64,000 bases of DNA from positions 1,056,001-1,120,000 of the forward strand of contig CP000067.1 in NCBI GenBank assembly GCA_000002445.1, read 5' to 3'. The stretch's first letter is position 1, and each line of letters opens with the position of its first letter. This document shows, in pieces, positions 52,503 to 62,148 of the stretch. The position numbers and the translations under genes were made by a program. The notes under the pieces are model-generated. The model did not search any database and had not been told where the DNA came from. It saw only the letters and a program-made list of their open reading frames with translations. This DNA is from Trypanosoma brucei. Its lineage: Eukaryota.

Positions 52503-53839
52503 CGCGCAGCAGCCTTACTTTGAGAGCCCCAGTTGGTTGGTAGCGTAACAACAACTTGACACACTATGGCTGAAAAGACACCTACCGCTTGCGGCAATAG
52601 GTGGGTGAACCTTTGTAGAGAAGAGGAGAAGGGGTGGGTGGAAAGCGAAGCAACGTGCAAACAAGTCTGGTGAATTGTGGGTTCCCCCTTTTACGTGTCC
52701 TCTTCGAGTGGCAGGCTTAGTTTCGGGTGCGCGGAAGTAGTGGTTTGCGTGCGCAAGGGCAAGCCAGTTGAAAGCGTACATAAAGTGTTAGGAACTCAAG
52801 TCACCGTTCCACGCGCTGGGTGCAGTTGACTCCCTCTGAAGGAAAAAAGCAGCGTGCACGTTTTCCTTAATCGCCGGTTTGTCTCTCTTTCACTATCAGT
52901 TGGATGACTATCCGCACCCGCGTGGTATTAAATAAACGCTGGTACTACCCCAATACAAAACAAAGGGGGAAACCGGTACCGGTTTCCACTCCTATATGCA
53001 CTTTCAGACAAACAAAGAATTTTCCTTCGCAGTCTCTTTCACAAGAGTTGAAGGAAGGTAGACCAGACTTGGTGACATTTGAAAACAAAATAGAAGCATT
53101 TACAACAAATTAACACTTTTCCCATGCAGGGATTGGTCTCATTGAAGGTTTCACACCCGTTGCTTTTTCCACTCTTCCAGCCAATTCACGACTCCCAACG
53201 TTAGACATACTTTTTCAATGTTTAAGTTTTCCCATTCGACGCGGCTGCTGTCAGGAGGGCAGGGGAAGAGGGAGTTCTCTTTTTCTTCTTGGATATAAGC
53301 TATATTCCGGGATAGCAAAAGAAATAAACGAAGTGTGCCGGCCTGCGTTAATGCCGAATGCTTTGCATACTCGCACTGCTGCCTTATACCTGTAGTACAT
53401 ATCTCACGGGATTGTCTTTTAAAAGTAGAGGAAAATTAAGAAAAGTAAACTGGGAAGTGTATTCGCTGTGAACTCCCCTTCCTTTCCGTAAAGGAAAAAA
53501 AAAAGCCATCGAAGGTACCGGTGAACTTGCCTGCAGGGGCTCCAGAGTGCGAGACCTTTGGAGGGTTCTTAGACAGGAACTCTGTTCTACATATCAAATA
53601 CACCACTTCACAGCATGTTTGTGCCATCTGTTTCCCAGTGCTTGGTTCTGATTACGAAGGGGCAACGCTACCGTTTTTCACAATTTTTTTCTTTTTCATT
53701 ACTCGTCCACAGGCCCAATTACTCCCAGATTTTCTCCTTTTCCCTCACATTCATATTTTATATGCTGATTACATCGCAACTGAGACATCCAAAGAAGGGA
53801 TGAACACACATGAGAGCTGTACATCAGCGAGAGTCATGT

Positions 53840-54313
53840 TTAAGCCATGAGAGCAGGAGCTGCAGCTGACAGTTTCTCGTCAGCGGCTAGCACGCTACAG
53901 TTGTTGATATCATTTGTTATCTTCCATCGCTGGTTGGGATGCGGCTGCTTGCCGAAGTCGCATGCTAAAAGACGGATGCGCAGCTCCGCGTTCGTGGGCG
54001 AATGTGAGAGGAGATACCACGAGTCCTGAATGATACCCATCGTTAGGCCTGAAAGGGGCAGACAGATTGACCCCAACACTCCATCCGTAATGACGTCGGT
54101 TGTCCAAAGCTCAACACAGAGATGCGCGGTGTTTTCGTCCGCCACATAGAACCGAAGAGTTTGGTTCCATACGGGATTACATGTATTATTCACGATTTTT
54201 GTTTTGTACGTCGTATCGCCCAATCGCACACAACAGTAAGGGTCGGGCATGCAGGGCGCCGACTGCTCATGAAGGTTGCGTGCGGCGCAAATGCACACCT
54301 GGAGCTTGCCCAT
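53840..54313 (-). CDS. C2-domain protein (157 aa)
   Basis: 'LQVCICAARNL...PDPYCCVRLGDTTYKTKIVNNTCNPVWNQTLRFYV...HLCVELWTTDVITDGVLGSICLPLSGL...WYLL' follows the C2 pattern (DPY, NPVWN, Asp-rich loops). Confidence 0.7.
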   Translation of the reverse strand: MGKLQVCICAARNLHEQSAPCMPDPYCCVRLGDTTYKTKIVNNTCNPVWNQTLRFYVADENTAHLCVELWTTDVITDGVLGSICLPLSGLTMGIIQDSWYLLSHSPTNAELRIRLLACDFGKQPHPNQRWKITNDINNCSVLAADEKLSAAAPALMA

Positions 54314-54641
54314 TTAACCCGCTTTCTTTCCGAAAGGCTTTATTGATATGACCTTTGTACAGATACCACTCTGGACAATTTTTCGAAGTGGGAACACAAG
54401 GGGAGGGGATGGTAGCAGTAAACCGGTTGACAGGTAAAAAAGCAACATGAAAATGCCCCGAAAGCTGAGTGACAGAAAGGATTGTGGAGGGAAGCAACAC
54501 AAAGTGAGAGGAAGATCCATCGATGCAGGACACCATTTTCATCGGATCGTTGTTGTACACTGCGGAGTCCACGTACGATTTTTCATAGAGTTCCGTCGAT
54601 GGCTGTGGTTGCCGTCGAGAAACCCCATAAGTAGGTGCGCT

Positions 54642-55316
54642 TCAGTGTCTCCATAGAACAGGGAGGTTTGCAGGAGACATGGCCGGCATGTAGTTCTCGA
54701 AGCCTAACGCCCCCCCGTCATACCCAGAGAGTGCCACCCGGATGCGGAGCGCAAATTGAACGGAGTACGAAGATGCGCTTGCGAGCCGCACGACTCGGTC
54801 AGCGATATTCCCGCTGCTCATCTCAAGCGGAATGCAAAACTGATATCTCGCGAGGCAATCGTCAGAGCTAAGAGAATAGCGCCAGAGCTCCAGCGTTATG
54901 GCTGGAAGTGCACAAGATCCTCCCATCCATGGCGGCGCGAGTAAACCACGCTTCACCTCGTGGGGTTGCTGCGGAAGAATATATTCCCTTGAGGGATTTC
55001 CTAAAGAGGGACCGTCGTGATATGTGGAGATGTGCTGGCCAACAGTGACGTCTAGCCCTGACTTTGACAGCGTTGGGGCAGTTTCACGGAACTCGGGGGG
55101 ATTACCTTCAAAATGAAACATAAACACTTCGTTCCAACACCTACCTCCGGCACTGTCTGCGCCATTGCAAAGAATATTTGTCCGCTGAGCATCAGGACCT
55201 AGCCGGGAAACAACATATAATCCATCGTAAACGAAGTCACTGGCGTCCTCTGAAAGGACCGTAAGATCAAGTATGCGGATCTTCACTCTGCCTAGTGGTG
55301 CGCAGTTGGATCGCAT
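54642..55316 (-). CDS. C2-like domain protein (224 aa), possibly part of a larger multi-C2 gene together with 53840-54313
   Basis: 'VKIRILDLTVLSEDASDFVYDGLYVV...CWNEVFMFHFEGNPP...LDVTVGQHI...' resembles a C2 beta-sandwich. It is the same strand as the C2 ORF, 328 nt downstream in transcription order, but in a different frame. Confidence 0.4.
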   Translation of the reverse strand: MRSNCAPLGRVKIRILDLTVLSEDASDFVYDGLYVVSRLGPDAQRTNILCNGADSAGGRCWNEVFMFHFEGNPPEFRETAPTLSKSGLDVTVGQHISTYHDGPSLGNPSREYILPQQPHEVKRGLLAPPWMGGSCALPAITLELWRYSLSSDDCLARYQFCIPLEMSSGNIADRVVRLASASSYSVQFALRIRVALSGYDGGALGFENYMPAMSPANLPVLWRH

Positions 55317-55536
55317 CGCCTCTGTCTTGGAACCTGAACTATCCTTTTTGACAGGTTTGCCGCACCTGTCTTGGGTACAACTCCCCCCCCTTATACTTAC
55401 AGTACTGGCAGGTGTACACAGATAAGCGAAACAAAGTGTGATAAGACTAAGTGGAGGAGACGCTGAGATGTCGACAGCGAATGCACTGCAGCAAACGATG
55501 CTTACGGTTAAGCCACTGAGTGTGAAGGGAGGGTAA

Positions 55537-55558
55537 GTGTGTGTGTGTGTGTGTGTGT
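55537..55558. repeat. (GT)11 microsatellite, intergenic
   Basis: Direct count in 'gtgtgtgtgtgtgtgtgtgtgtgg'. Confidence 0.9.
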
Positions 55559-55899
55559 GGTTGAAATATAATAATCGTTGGTGGAGGCCAAATATTTCTT
55601 CTTTCTGACCATTTAACTACAATTCTTCCATCGGGCTCATTCACCCACACTGCCCTGCGACAAGCGCACGTAAGGGGAAAACAATAGGTACACTTGCTGC
55701 GAAAAGTCAGCGGTCTTCTTTGCTGCACGCGTGGTTGGTCATTCTTTTAAGTAGAGAGAACAAAACTAACCCACTCCCAAGACCATTCTTGACAGTCCCT
55801 CCATATGGTGCAAATTCATCATCGTGCGGGGCGTGGAATGCAGCTTCCGGAGGAACTGCGTAGTAACTGAAAGTAGTTATGAATATGACGTGTATGAAA

Positions 55900-58533
55900 T
55901 CACACGCCCTTCTTACGGTCTGTTTCCCTCGCCTTGCGTGTGCCAAGATACCTCACCACGTCATCGAAGGTTAACACCTCGTTTTCCAACAAGTGTTTGG
56001 CAAGCGTTTCCATCTCCTCCTTTTTCGATAACAACAGACTATATGTCTGCTCATATATTTCATCGACCAGCTTCTTTGCCTCCACATCGATATGGTTTGA
56101 CACTTTGGGCCCGAACGGTTTCACAATGCGCGTCCCCGCAGTACCTGGAGCGGGGTACACAGGCCGTGGTGCGAATGAACTAACAAACATGTACGCCATT
56201 CGTGCCACCTTGTTGAGATCATCGGATGCACCTGTGGAAAGATGGTTGAAAAAAATCTTCTCCGCCACGCGTCCGCCCAACGTCACGCTGATGGAGTCCC
56301 GAATCTCAGCTGCGGTCCGCACATTGTTTTCATTCGGTAGGTATTGAGCGTAACCAAGCGCTGAACCGCCGCGAGGTACGATGGAAACTTTCATGAGTGG
56401 ATCAGCGCGGTTGAGGAACCAACCGGCAACGGCATGACCTGCTTCGTGGTGAGCAACAACCTGCCGCTCAAATGGCGACAGCACACGGCTGCGGTGCTCA
56501 ATACCTGCCAATACTCGGTCAATGGAACGTTCCAAATGGGTAATGTCAACATTTGAATTGTTTTCTCGTGCTGCAAGTATAGCGGCTTCATTGCACACGT
56601 TGGCAATGTCGGCTCCAGTGAAACCTGGACAGAGACTGCTCATGCGTTCAGCATAGGAATTAATGAGGGCACGCTCGCGTTCGCTCTTATTTGCGAGAAG
56701 CGTCCGGAAATCGTAGGAGGGGTCCCCTGTCAGTTTCTCCTGTTCTAGCAGCTCTTGTTCAGCTTCCATCTCTTCTTGTAGTTTACTAACAACAAGTGAG
56801 GATGTGGTTGCGTTTGCTGTACTTACTTCACAGCTGTTGAAACCCTTAGCCTCATCAGCGGTAGGTGATTTATTTTCCGAAGAAGGAACCGTCCCCGACT
56901 CCATTTTCCCTTCATCGTCACTCTTGGCGTTGGCCTTAGCGTCAGACTTCTTGGACTCGGAAGATTCTGTGGACGCTTCTTCTGTTTGCTGTTCCACCTC
57001 TGCACCCTTAGCACCCTTGTTGCTTTCCTTCACCAATGTCAACGCACTGAGGTGGACCTTAAATATATCAATTCTCTCCGATATGACGGGCATGTCTACG
57101 TGAATAATACGGTCAAACCTTCCAGGACGTACAAGCGCCGGATCCAGCTGCTCCTGCGATACGTTACTAGATGCCAATATCATAACGTCTCCACGACGGC
57201 TGCTACTGAATCCATCCAATTGTGTTAGCAGTTCATTAAGTGTATGTTCTTGCTCCTGCTTTTCGCCGATACCAGCACCCGTTCGTTTCAGCCCAATGGC
57301 ATCAATCTCGTCAATATAAACGATGCAACGCTGCTTCTTCGCAACCTCAAACAACTGCCTAACACGCAATGCGCCCATCCCCACATACAACTCCACGAAG
57401 TCCGAACCGCAAACCGGGATGAAGCCCACTCCACTTTCACCTGCCACAGCTTTCGCCAGGAGTGTTTTACCCGTACCTGGCGGCCCCAGAAGAAGTGCCC
57501 CAGTTGGCACTTTTGCCCCCAATGACGTATAGCGCTCGGGGTGGCGGAGGAAATCTACCACCTCAGTCACCTCCTTTTTGGCTTCCTTTAAGCCGGCAAT
57601 GTGCTTGAAGCGTGTGCTGGATGAGAGTTCCACACGAAACACCATTTCCTTTGATTTGTGTGTCTTTTTACCAGCCTCCAACGTCAGCGCGAGTGACTTA
57701 CCAATGGAATTGGAGAGAACCATCACAAACACAGGGAAGAACACGAACGGCACAACCCACGCGAAAACACCCAACACTACCAGCGCTTGCTCTCCCAGTG
57801 GCGTTCCCTGCAGCGATACCTCGATTCCCTCCGATTTCGTTGTTACCGTCTCCCCATTCCCTTGCGGCCGCGGCTCTTTTATTCTCGTCGTTACTGCATC
57901 ATTATACGCCTTATTCAGTTTTTCCAGCTTTTCTTGGGTGTGCTGGTCGTCTACCAGTCCGAGGTAAACCTTTCCTTCACTGAGATACACCTGCGCGTAG
58001 TTGTGGTATAACTTAATGCTCTTTACGATCTCAGCATTCTTTAATAGCGATGCCCATCCAGTTTGTTTACCCAAGGGCTGAGAAAGCTTGTACAATACGT
58101 AGGAAGTTCCAAGCATCACCAATACGAAGAGCACAGAGCGTGCAACTATCAACTCCTCGGTGTTGTCATCTTCTGAAGATGAATTCGGGAATATGGGGCT
58201 TTCCTCTTCCTTTTTGTCCCTACCATTCTGCTCACCAGCCGTGTTATTTCCCCCATCAGAGGGTTTCGCAGAGAGAATTTTACCACGAGACAACTGCTTC
58301 ACCGCCATCGATGTGCCAAACGCTGTGACTAATTGCCGCAAATGGTTGAATGGCGAACTTCTGCCAAATTGGGGAGATGAGTCACGTGCAACCGAATAAG
58401 CAGTCAATACCTGCAGTTTGCTTTGCTGCTTTGGCTCAAAACTAACATGACTCATTGAAATAACGAGACCAGTGTGGGACGGGTAGCGCGGCCTGTGGGC
58501 CATTGGCAATGAGGCGAGCAAGTAGCGGCGCAT
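55900..58533 (-). CDS. Mitochondrial m-AAA/FtsH-family ATP-dependent zinc metalloprotease with a ~110-aa low-complexity insertion in the AAA module. Start proposed at the internal ATG 58533 (MRRYLLASLPMAHRPRYPS...).
   Basis: Two TM helices; Walker A GPPGTGKTLLAKA; Walker B IVYIDEIDA; arginine finger region PGRFDRIIHV; lid 'GFTGADIANVCNEAA'; and the HEXXH zinc site 'HHEAGHAVAGW'. The N-terminus is Arg-rich, like a presequence. 'cat' at 58531-58533 was verified. Confidence 0.85.
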   Translation of the reverse strand: MRRYLLASLPMAHRPRYPSHTGLVISMSHVSFEPKQQSKLQVLTAYSVARDSSPQFGRSSPFNHLRQLVTAFGTSMAVKQLSRGKILSAKPSDGGNNTAGEQNGRDKKEEESPIFPNSSSEDDNTEELIVARSVLFVLVMLGTSYVLYKLSQPLGKQTGWASLLKNAEIVKSIKLYHNYAQVYLSEGKVYLGLVDDQHTQEKLEKLNKAYNDAVTTRIKEPRPQGNGETVTTKSEGIEVSLQGTPLGEQALVVLGVFAWVVPFVFFPVFVMVLSNSIGKSLALTLEAGKKTHKSKEMVFRVELSSSTRFKHIAGLKEAKKEVTEVVDFLRHPERYTSLGAKVPTGALLLGPPGTGKTLLAKAVAGESGVGFIPVCGSDFVELYVGMGALRVRQLFEVAKKQRCIVYIDEIDAIGLKRTGAGIGEKQEQEHTLNELLTQLDGFSSSRRGDVMILASSNVSQEQLDPALVRPGRFDRIIHVDMPVISERIDIFKVHLSALTLVKESNKGAKGAEVEQQTEEASTESSESKKSDAKANAKSDDEGKMESGTVPSSENKSPTADEAKGFNSCEVSTANATTSSLVVSKLQEEMEAEQELLEQEKLTGDPSYDFRTLLANKSERERALINSYAERMSSLCPGFTGADIANVCNEAAILAARENNSNVDITHLERSIDRVLAGIEHRSRVLSPFERQVVAHHEAGHAVAGWFLNRADPLMKVSIVPRGGSALGYAQYLPNENNVRTAAEIRDSISVTLGGRVAEKIFFNHLSTGASDDLNKVARMAYMFVSSFAPRPVYPAPGTAGTRIVKPFGPKVSNHIDVEAKKLVDEIYEQTYSLLLSKKEEMETLAKHLLENEVLTFDDVVRYLGTRKARETDRKKGV

Positions 58534-60318
58534 TTCGGAAGAAAAGAAAAAAATATATACCCAAATGTTACTACATAATGTGTGGAAGGGGGGAGGGGGA
58601 GAGAACAAAACAACAAAGAAAAGAAAGAGGGTATATAATGAAACGGGTGTAGAACAAGCGCCTATTCAAATTCACGCACATGACATGCACAGACACGTAC
58701 AGAGATGCAGTTGTGCTCCACGAGCTTTGCAACTAACGGCATGTGAAATCGTTTTGTTGCTTTTTATATGCGCCACATCTAATTACTGCCTTTGTCACTG
58801 TAGTTTATATGTGTTGACATATGTTCGGTTGGTGGTGGTGGTAGGGAAGTTGATTTCGAGAGCGTTTGAAGGGCAGCCAATGGTGTGGCGGCGGGTGTGC
58901 AGATAGGTAAAAAAAAAGAAAAAAAGAAAAAAAAGAAATGCAAATACGCGTCGATAAAAAGACAAATAAATACGTACACGTGCACCGATAAGAATAATAA
59001 TCTAAACGCGAGGTGATAATTACCCGAGACGCAGATGCGAAACACGACACGGTGTTGTAAAAAAGAAACGTCTATTCCCAGCCGAAGCAGTCAGTCATGA
59101 AACTGGTCACAACGGAGGAAGCGCAACGCATAATAATCCTCTGTTCAAAAGGAAAAAAAAGAAAAAGAAATTTCTATAACTATTCCTTCCCCACGTCAAA
59201 ACATTGATAGTCAATGAAGGACCACAAGGGAATATCGAAGAAGTTTTACCTCGAAGATGTTATGCTCTTACGGCAGACCACTCCCTTTTGTTCTCTTCAC
59301 TCTACGCAAATAAAATAAATAAATATGTGTAATCTTGTTCATGATGTGATTACCTGCATAATATATCGACTGGCTTGCACAGCAGGCGCTTGCTCCAGTT
59401 TTTTTTAAATTATTACTTGCCGAAGGTGGGTTTAGTGAGATCCAAAAGCACTGCCCATAACAACGCGTGTTCAAAGCATCACCGTCCAGGGAATCTGGGA
59501 GAAAAAAAAAAGCCAATTTAAATGAAAGGCATTACATGGAATATACCACCTTTTCCTTGCGTATGCAAAAACAAACAAACAACAACCTCCTTCTCATGCT
59601 ATGTTTAACACAATCCCATCCATATGTAACTGCATAACAGTAGCCACAAGAACAATTAAAGGACTACCATCTGCTTTTGTCACGCCGTAACCTTCCACAA
59701 ATGATTGTATTATTATGGTGACAGTTCCTGAACGTTACAAACACGAATCGCGAGTTCATCAGGAGGGGGGAAAAAGGAAAGGAAAACTGCAGAGGCCGAG
59801 CGTGAAAAGAAAAAAAAACAAGGAAAAAAAAGCGGAAAAATATACATGAACATGACAAAGTAGTGAAAGTAAGGGAGAGAGGCTCTGAGTGAAGGGAAAG
59901 AAACGACAAAATTCAGGATTTAATTACATGAGCCACCGATTCCCCTCCACTTTTTCCGCCACAAACACTGTTTCGATAATGAAGACACAGATGTGCGGTA
60001 GTGTAGCTCATGCCGAGCAAAAAAGAGAAGAAAAGCAAAATAAATAAATAAATAAAAAATCGAGTTCGATCGGACCAAACGTCTTTGCCAACCACAAAGT
60101 CGCGGAAACAAAACAAAAAAAAAAAGAGAGGAGATGCGCACAGCTGCGAAGAGGCAGTGGAGCTGCCAGCTGGACCATCCCTCATTTCCTCATTATTAAT
60201 TACTGTCTTTCTTAATGCGCTTCCCTCAACTACTTCATAAGCTATGAGAGCTACACATTAGGGCCGATGGTCGCAAACACTTGGCGCGACAATGACGCGA
60301 AGGCAAACCACAGCTCAA

Positions 60319-60339
60319 AACAACAACAACAACAACAAC
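60319..60339. repeat. (AAC)n/(CAA)n trinucleotide microsatellite, intergenic
   Basis: 'aaaacaacaacaacaacaacaacg', direct reading. Confidence 0.8.
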
Positions 60340-60456
60340 GAACCACATAACAGAAACGTAGACGGGGCGGTAAGTCACCACACACATCTATGTGCGGTCA
60401 TTATTATTGTTATTATTATTTTTGCGAGTAGACGCCGGCTGCTCACTCAAAAAATC

Positions 60457-62148
60457 TCAACAACCCGAGCGTTTGGATCTGTCACCCTTCGAACCGAAGC
60501 ACGAACACGATGACAAATTAACTTTAGATGGCTTTTCATTACCGTGATCCACGGGAGTTGCCCCGTAGTCCACATCCTCAGCGACATGCCTACTTTCAGG
60601 GGAATTTTCCAGCTCAGCATCCCGATCTATGCGCCTAAGCATATCGTCAATTCTCCTCCGATGGGATGACGCTTCGGGGTGGTCATCGCTACTGATGGCG
60701 TTTGCATTTCTACCAGTGGCGGCCCAACTATGGGAGAGGGAACCAAAGTAGCTGTCCATAGACATTGAGTTATGCAAACGCTGCGATCCACCTACAAATC
60801 GAGCCGTATTCTCTACGCTGGGTGGCGCTGCGCTGGTTTGCTGACGAGTGGATTCAACACCCGTTTCGTCCCCCATGTTAAGTGCATCGATTGAACCACT
60901 GCCATTACTCGCCTCCGCGACACTGTTGTCAACGACACCGCTCTCTAGGGCTGAGCACACCGAATAAAGTGTAATATCCCTTTCTTCCTCTTTACATGAG
61001 AGCAATGCAGTTGGATCCATGTGCATATGAGAGCATGCTGTTTCCTCATGACCGTCAACATCTTCAGCCACAAGTGTGGTATCGGTGCCGGAGGGGCCAT
61101 GTGTGGGTGATTCCTTCACTTCCTCAGTCATATACTTATCACAAGCACACGTATCACCCTCACTTCCGCGTTCCCGCGGTGTGAACCAGCCACTTTCAGC
61201 TATTTGTGCACTTCTAACGGTAACCATCGACCCCAGTGAATATAGCGATGGTGCAGACGCCATAACTCCGTCTGTAGTAAAGAGAGTACCATCCGTCCCT
61301 GTCTCTCCGTCCATTGTAGTCCCAGTGTCAAAGTTTAATGGAAGGTGGGAATGCAGCGGACCTCGCTCCGCCGGTGTTGGTCCATTCTCTTTGATATTTC
61401 CCTCCTCACATGTCGTGTGATCGTTGAGAAGAGTGTGGCATAATCCGTGTAGCATTTCACGTAAGCCATAGTTCGTTAGTGTACTCACCTCGTAATATTG
61501 CACGTCAGGAAATGCACTAAACAACTCAAACTGCAGCTCGTGCTGTGTAACAAGCCTATCCATATCCTCAACCTCGGTATTGTCTATAAGATCCACTTTG
61601 TTTCCAACAACAAAAATGTGGCGACCACTGATGTCGGGGTTGTACCGCATGACCAAGTCGAGGTGTTGCGAGGTTACATGAGCAAAACTTTCCCTATTTT
61701 TCACATCAAACACAACAATCGCCGCAGAGGCGCAACGGAATGTGGACTTGTCCACAGAGGCGTACCGCTCCAACCCAGCTGTGTCCCAAAGTTGCAGCCG
61801 CACATGTTGTCCCGCCCGCACATTCCGCACGACCCGGGAGAAGAAATCGGTTCCCACCGTCGGCGTTGTGGTGTGAAGGGGTTGCAGCGAATTGGAAACA
61901 ACTTCACCTTCCCGGCTGGACCCTGGTGGTTGTGGCGCTGATGATGATGATGCGATTTTCTCGTACGGAATGTCGAGGAGCCTCTTTACCATGGACGTCT
62001 TACCAACGCTATAGTCGCCCACAATTGCCACCTTAAAAACAAACATTTGCTCTTCATCTTCCCACTGTTCATCCTCCGGTTCAGTGGATGCCTCGGTGCA
62101 CTCCGTCTCGGTTGCGGCCTCCACCAGCCCCGGGAACTCGGGGCGCAT
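60457..62148 (-). CDS. Atypical Ras/Rab-like small GTPase domain (with Leu in place of the switch-II Gln) fused to a ~380-aa Ser/Thr-rich C-terminal extension
   Basis: G1 'IVGDYSVGKTS', G3 'WDTAGLERY' (canonical DTAGQE), G4 'GNKVDL'. It is followed by a long acidic/Ser-rich tail ending ...KRSGC, with no CC/CXC/CAAX prenylation motif. Confidence 0.7.
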   Translation of the reverse strand: MRPEFPGLVEAATETECTEASTEPEDEQWEDEEQMFVFKVAIVGDYSVGKTSMVKRLLDIPYEKIASSSSAPQPPGSSREGEVVSNSLQPLHTTTPTVGTDFFSRVVRNVRAGQHVRLQLWDTAGLERYASVDKSTFRCASAAIVVFDVKNRESFAHVTSQHLDLVMRYNPDISGRHIFVVGNKVDLIDNTEVEDMDRLVTQHELQFELFSAFPDVQYYEVSTLTNYGLREMLHGLCHTLLNDHTTCEEGNIKENGPTPAERGPLHSHLPLNFDTGTTMDGETGTDGTLFTTDGVMASAPSLYSLGSMVTVRSAQIAESGWFTPRERGSEGDTCACDKYMTEEVKESPTHGPSGTDTTLVAEDVDGHEETACSHMHMDPTALLSCKEEERDITLYSVCSALESGVVDNSVAEASNGSGSIDALNMGDETGVESTRQQTSAAPPSVENTARFVGGSQRLHNSMSMDSYFGSLSHSWAATGRNANAISSDDHPEASSHRRRIDDMLRRIDRDAELENSPESRHVAEDVDYGATPVDHGNEKPSKVNLSSCSCFGSKGDRSKRSGC

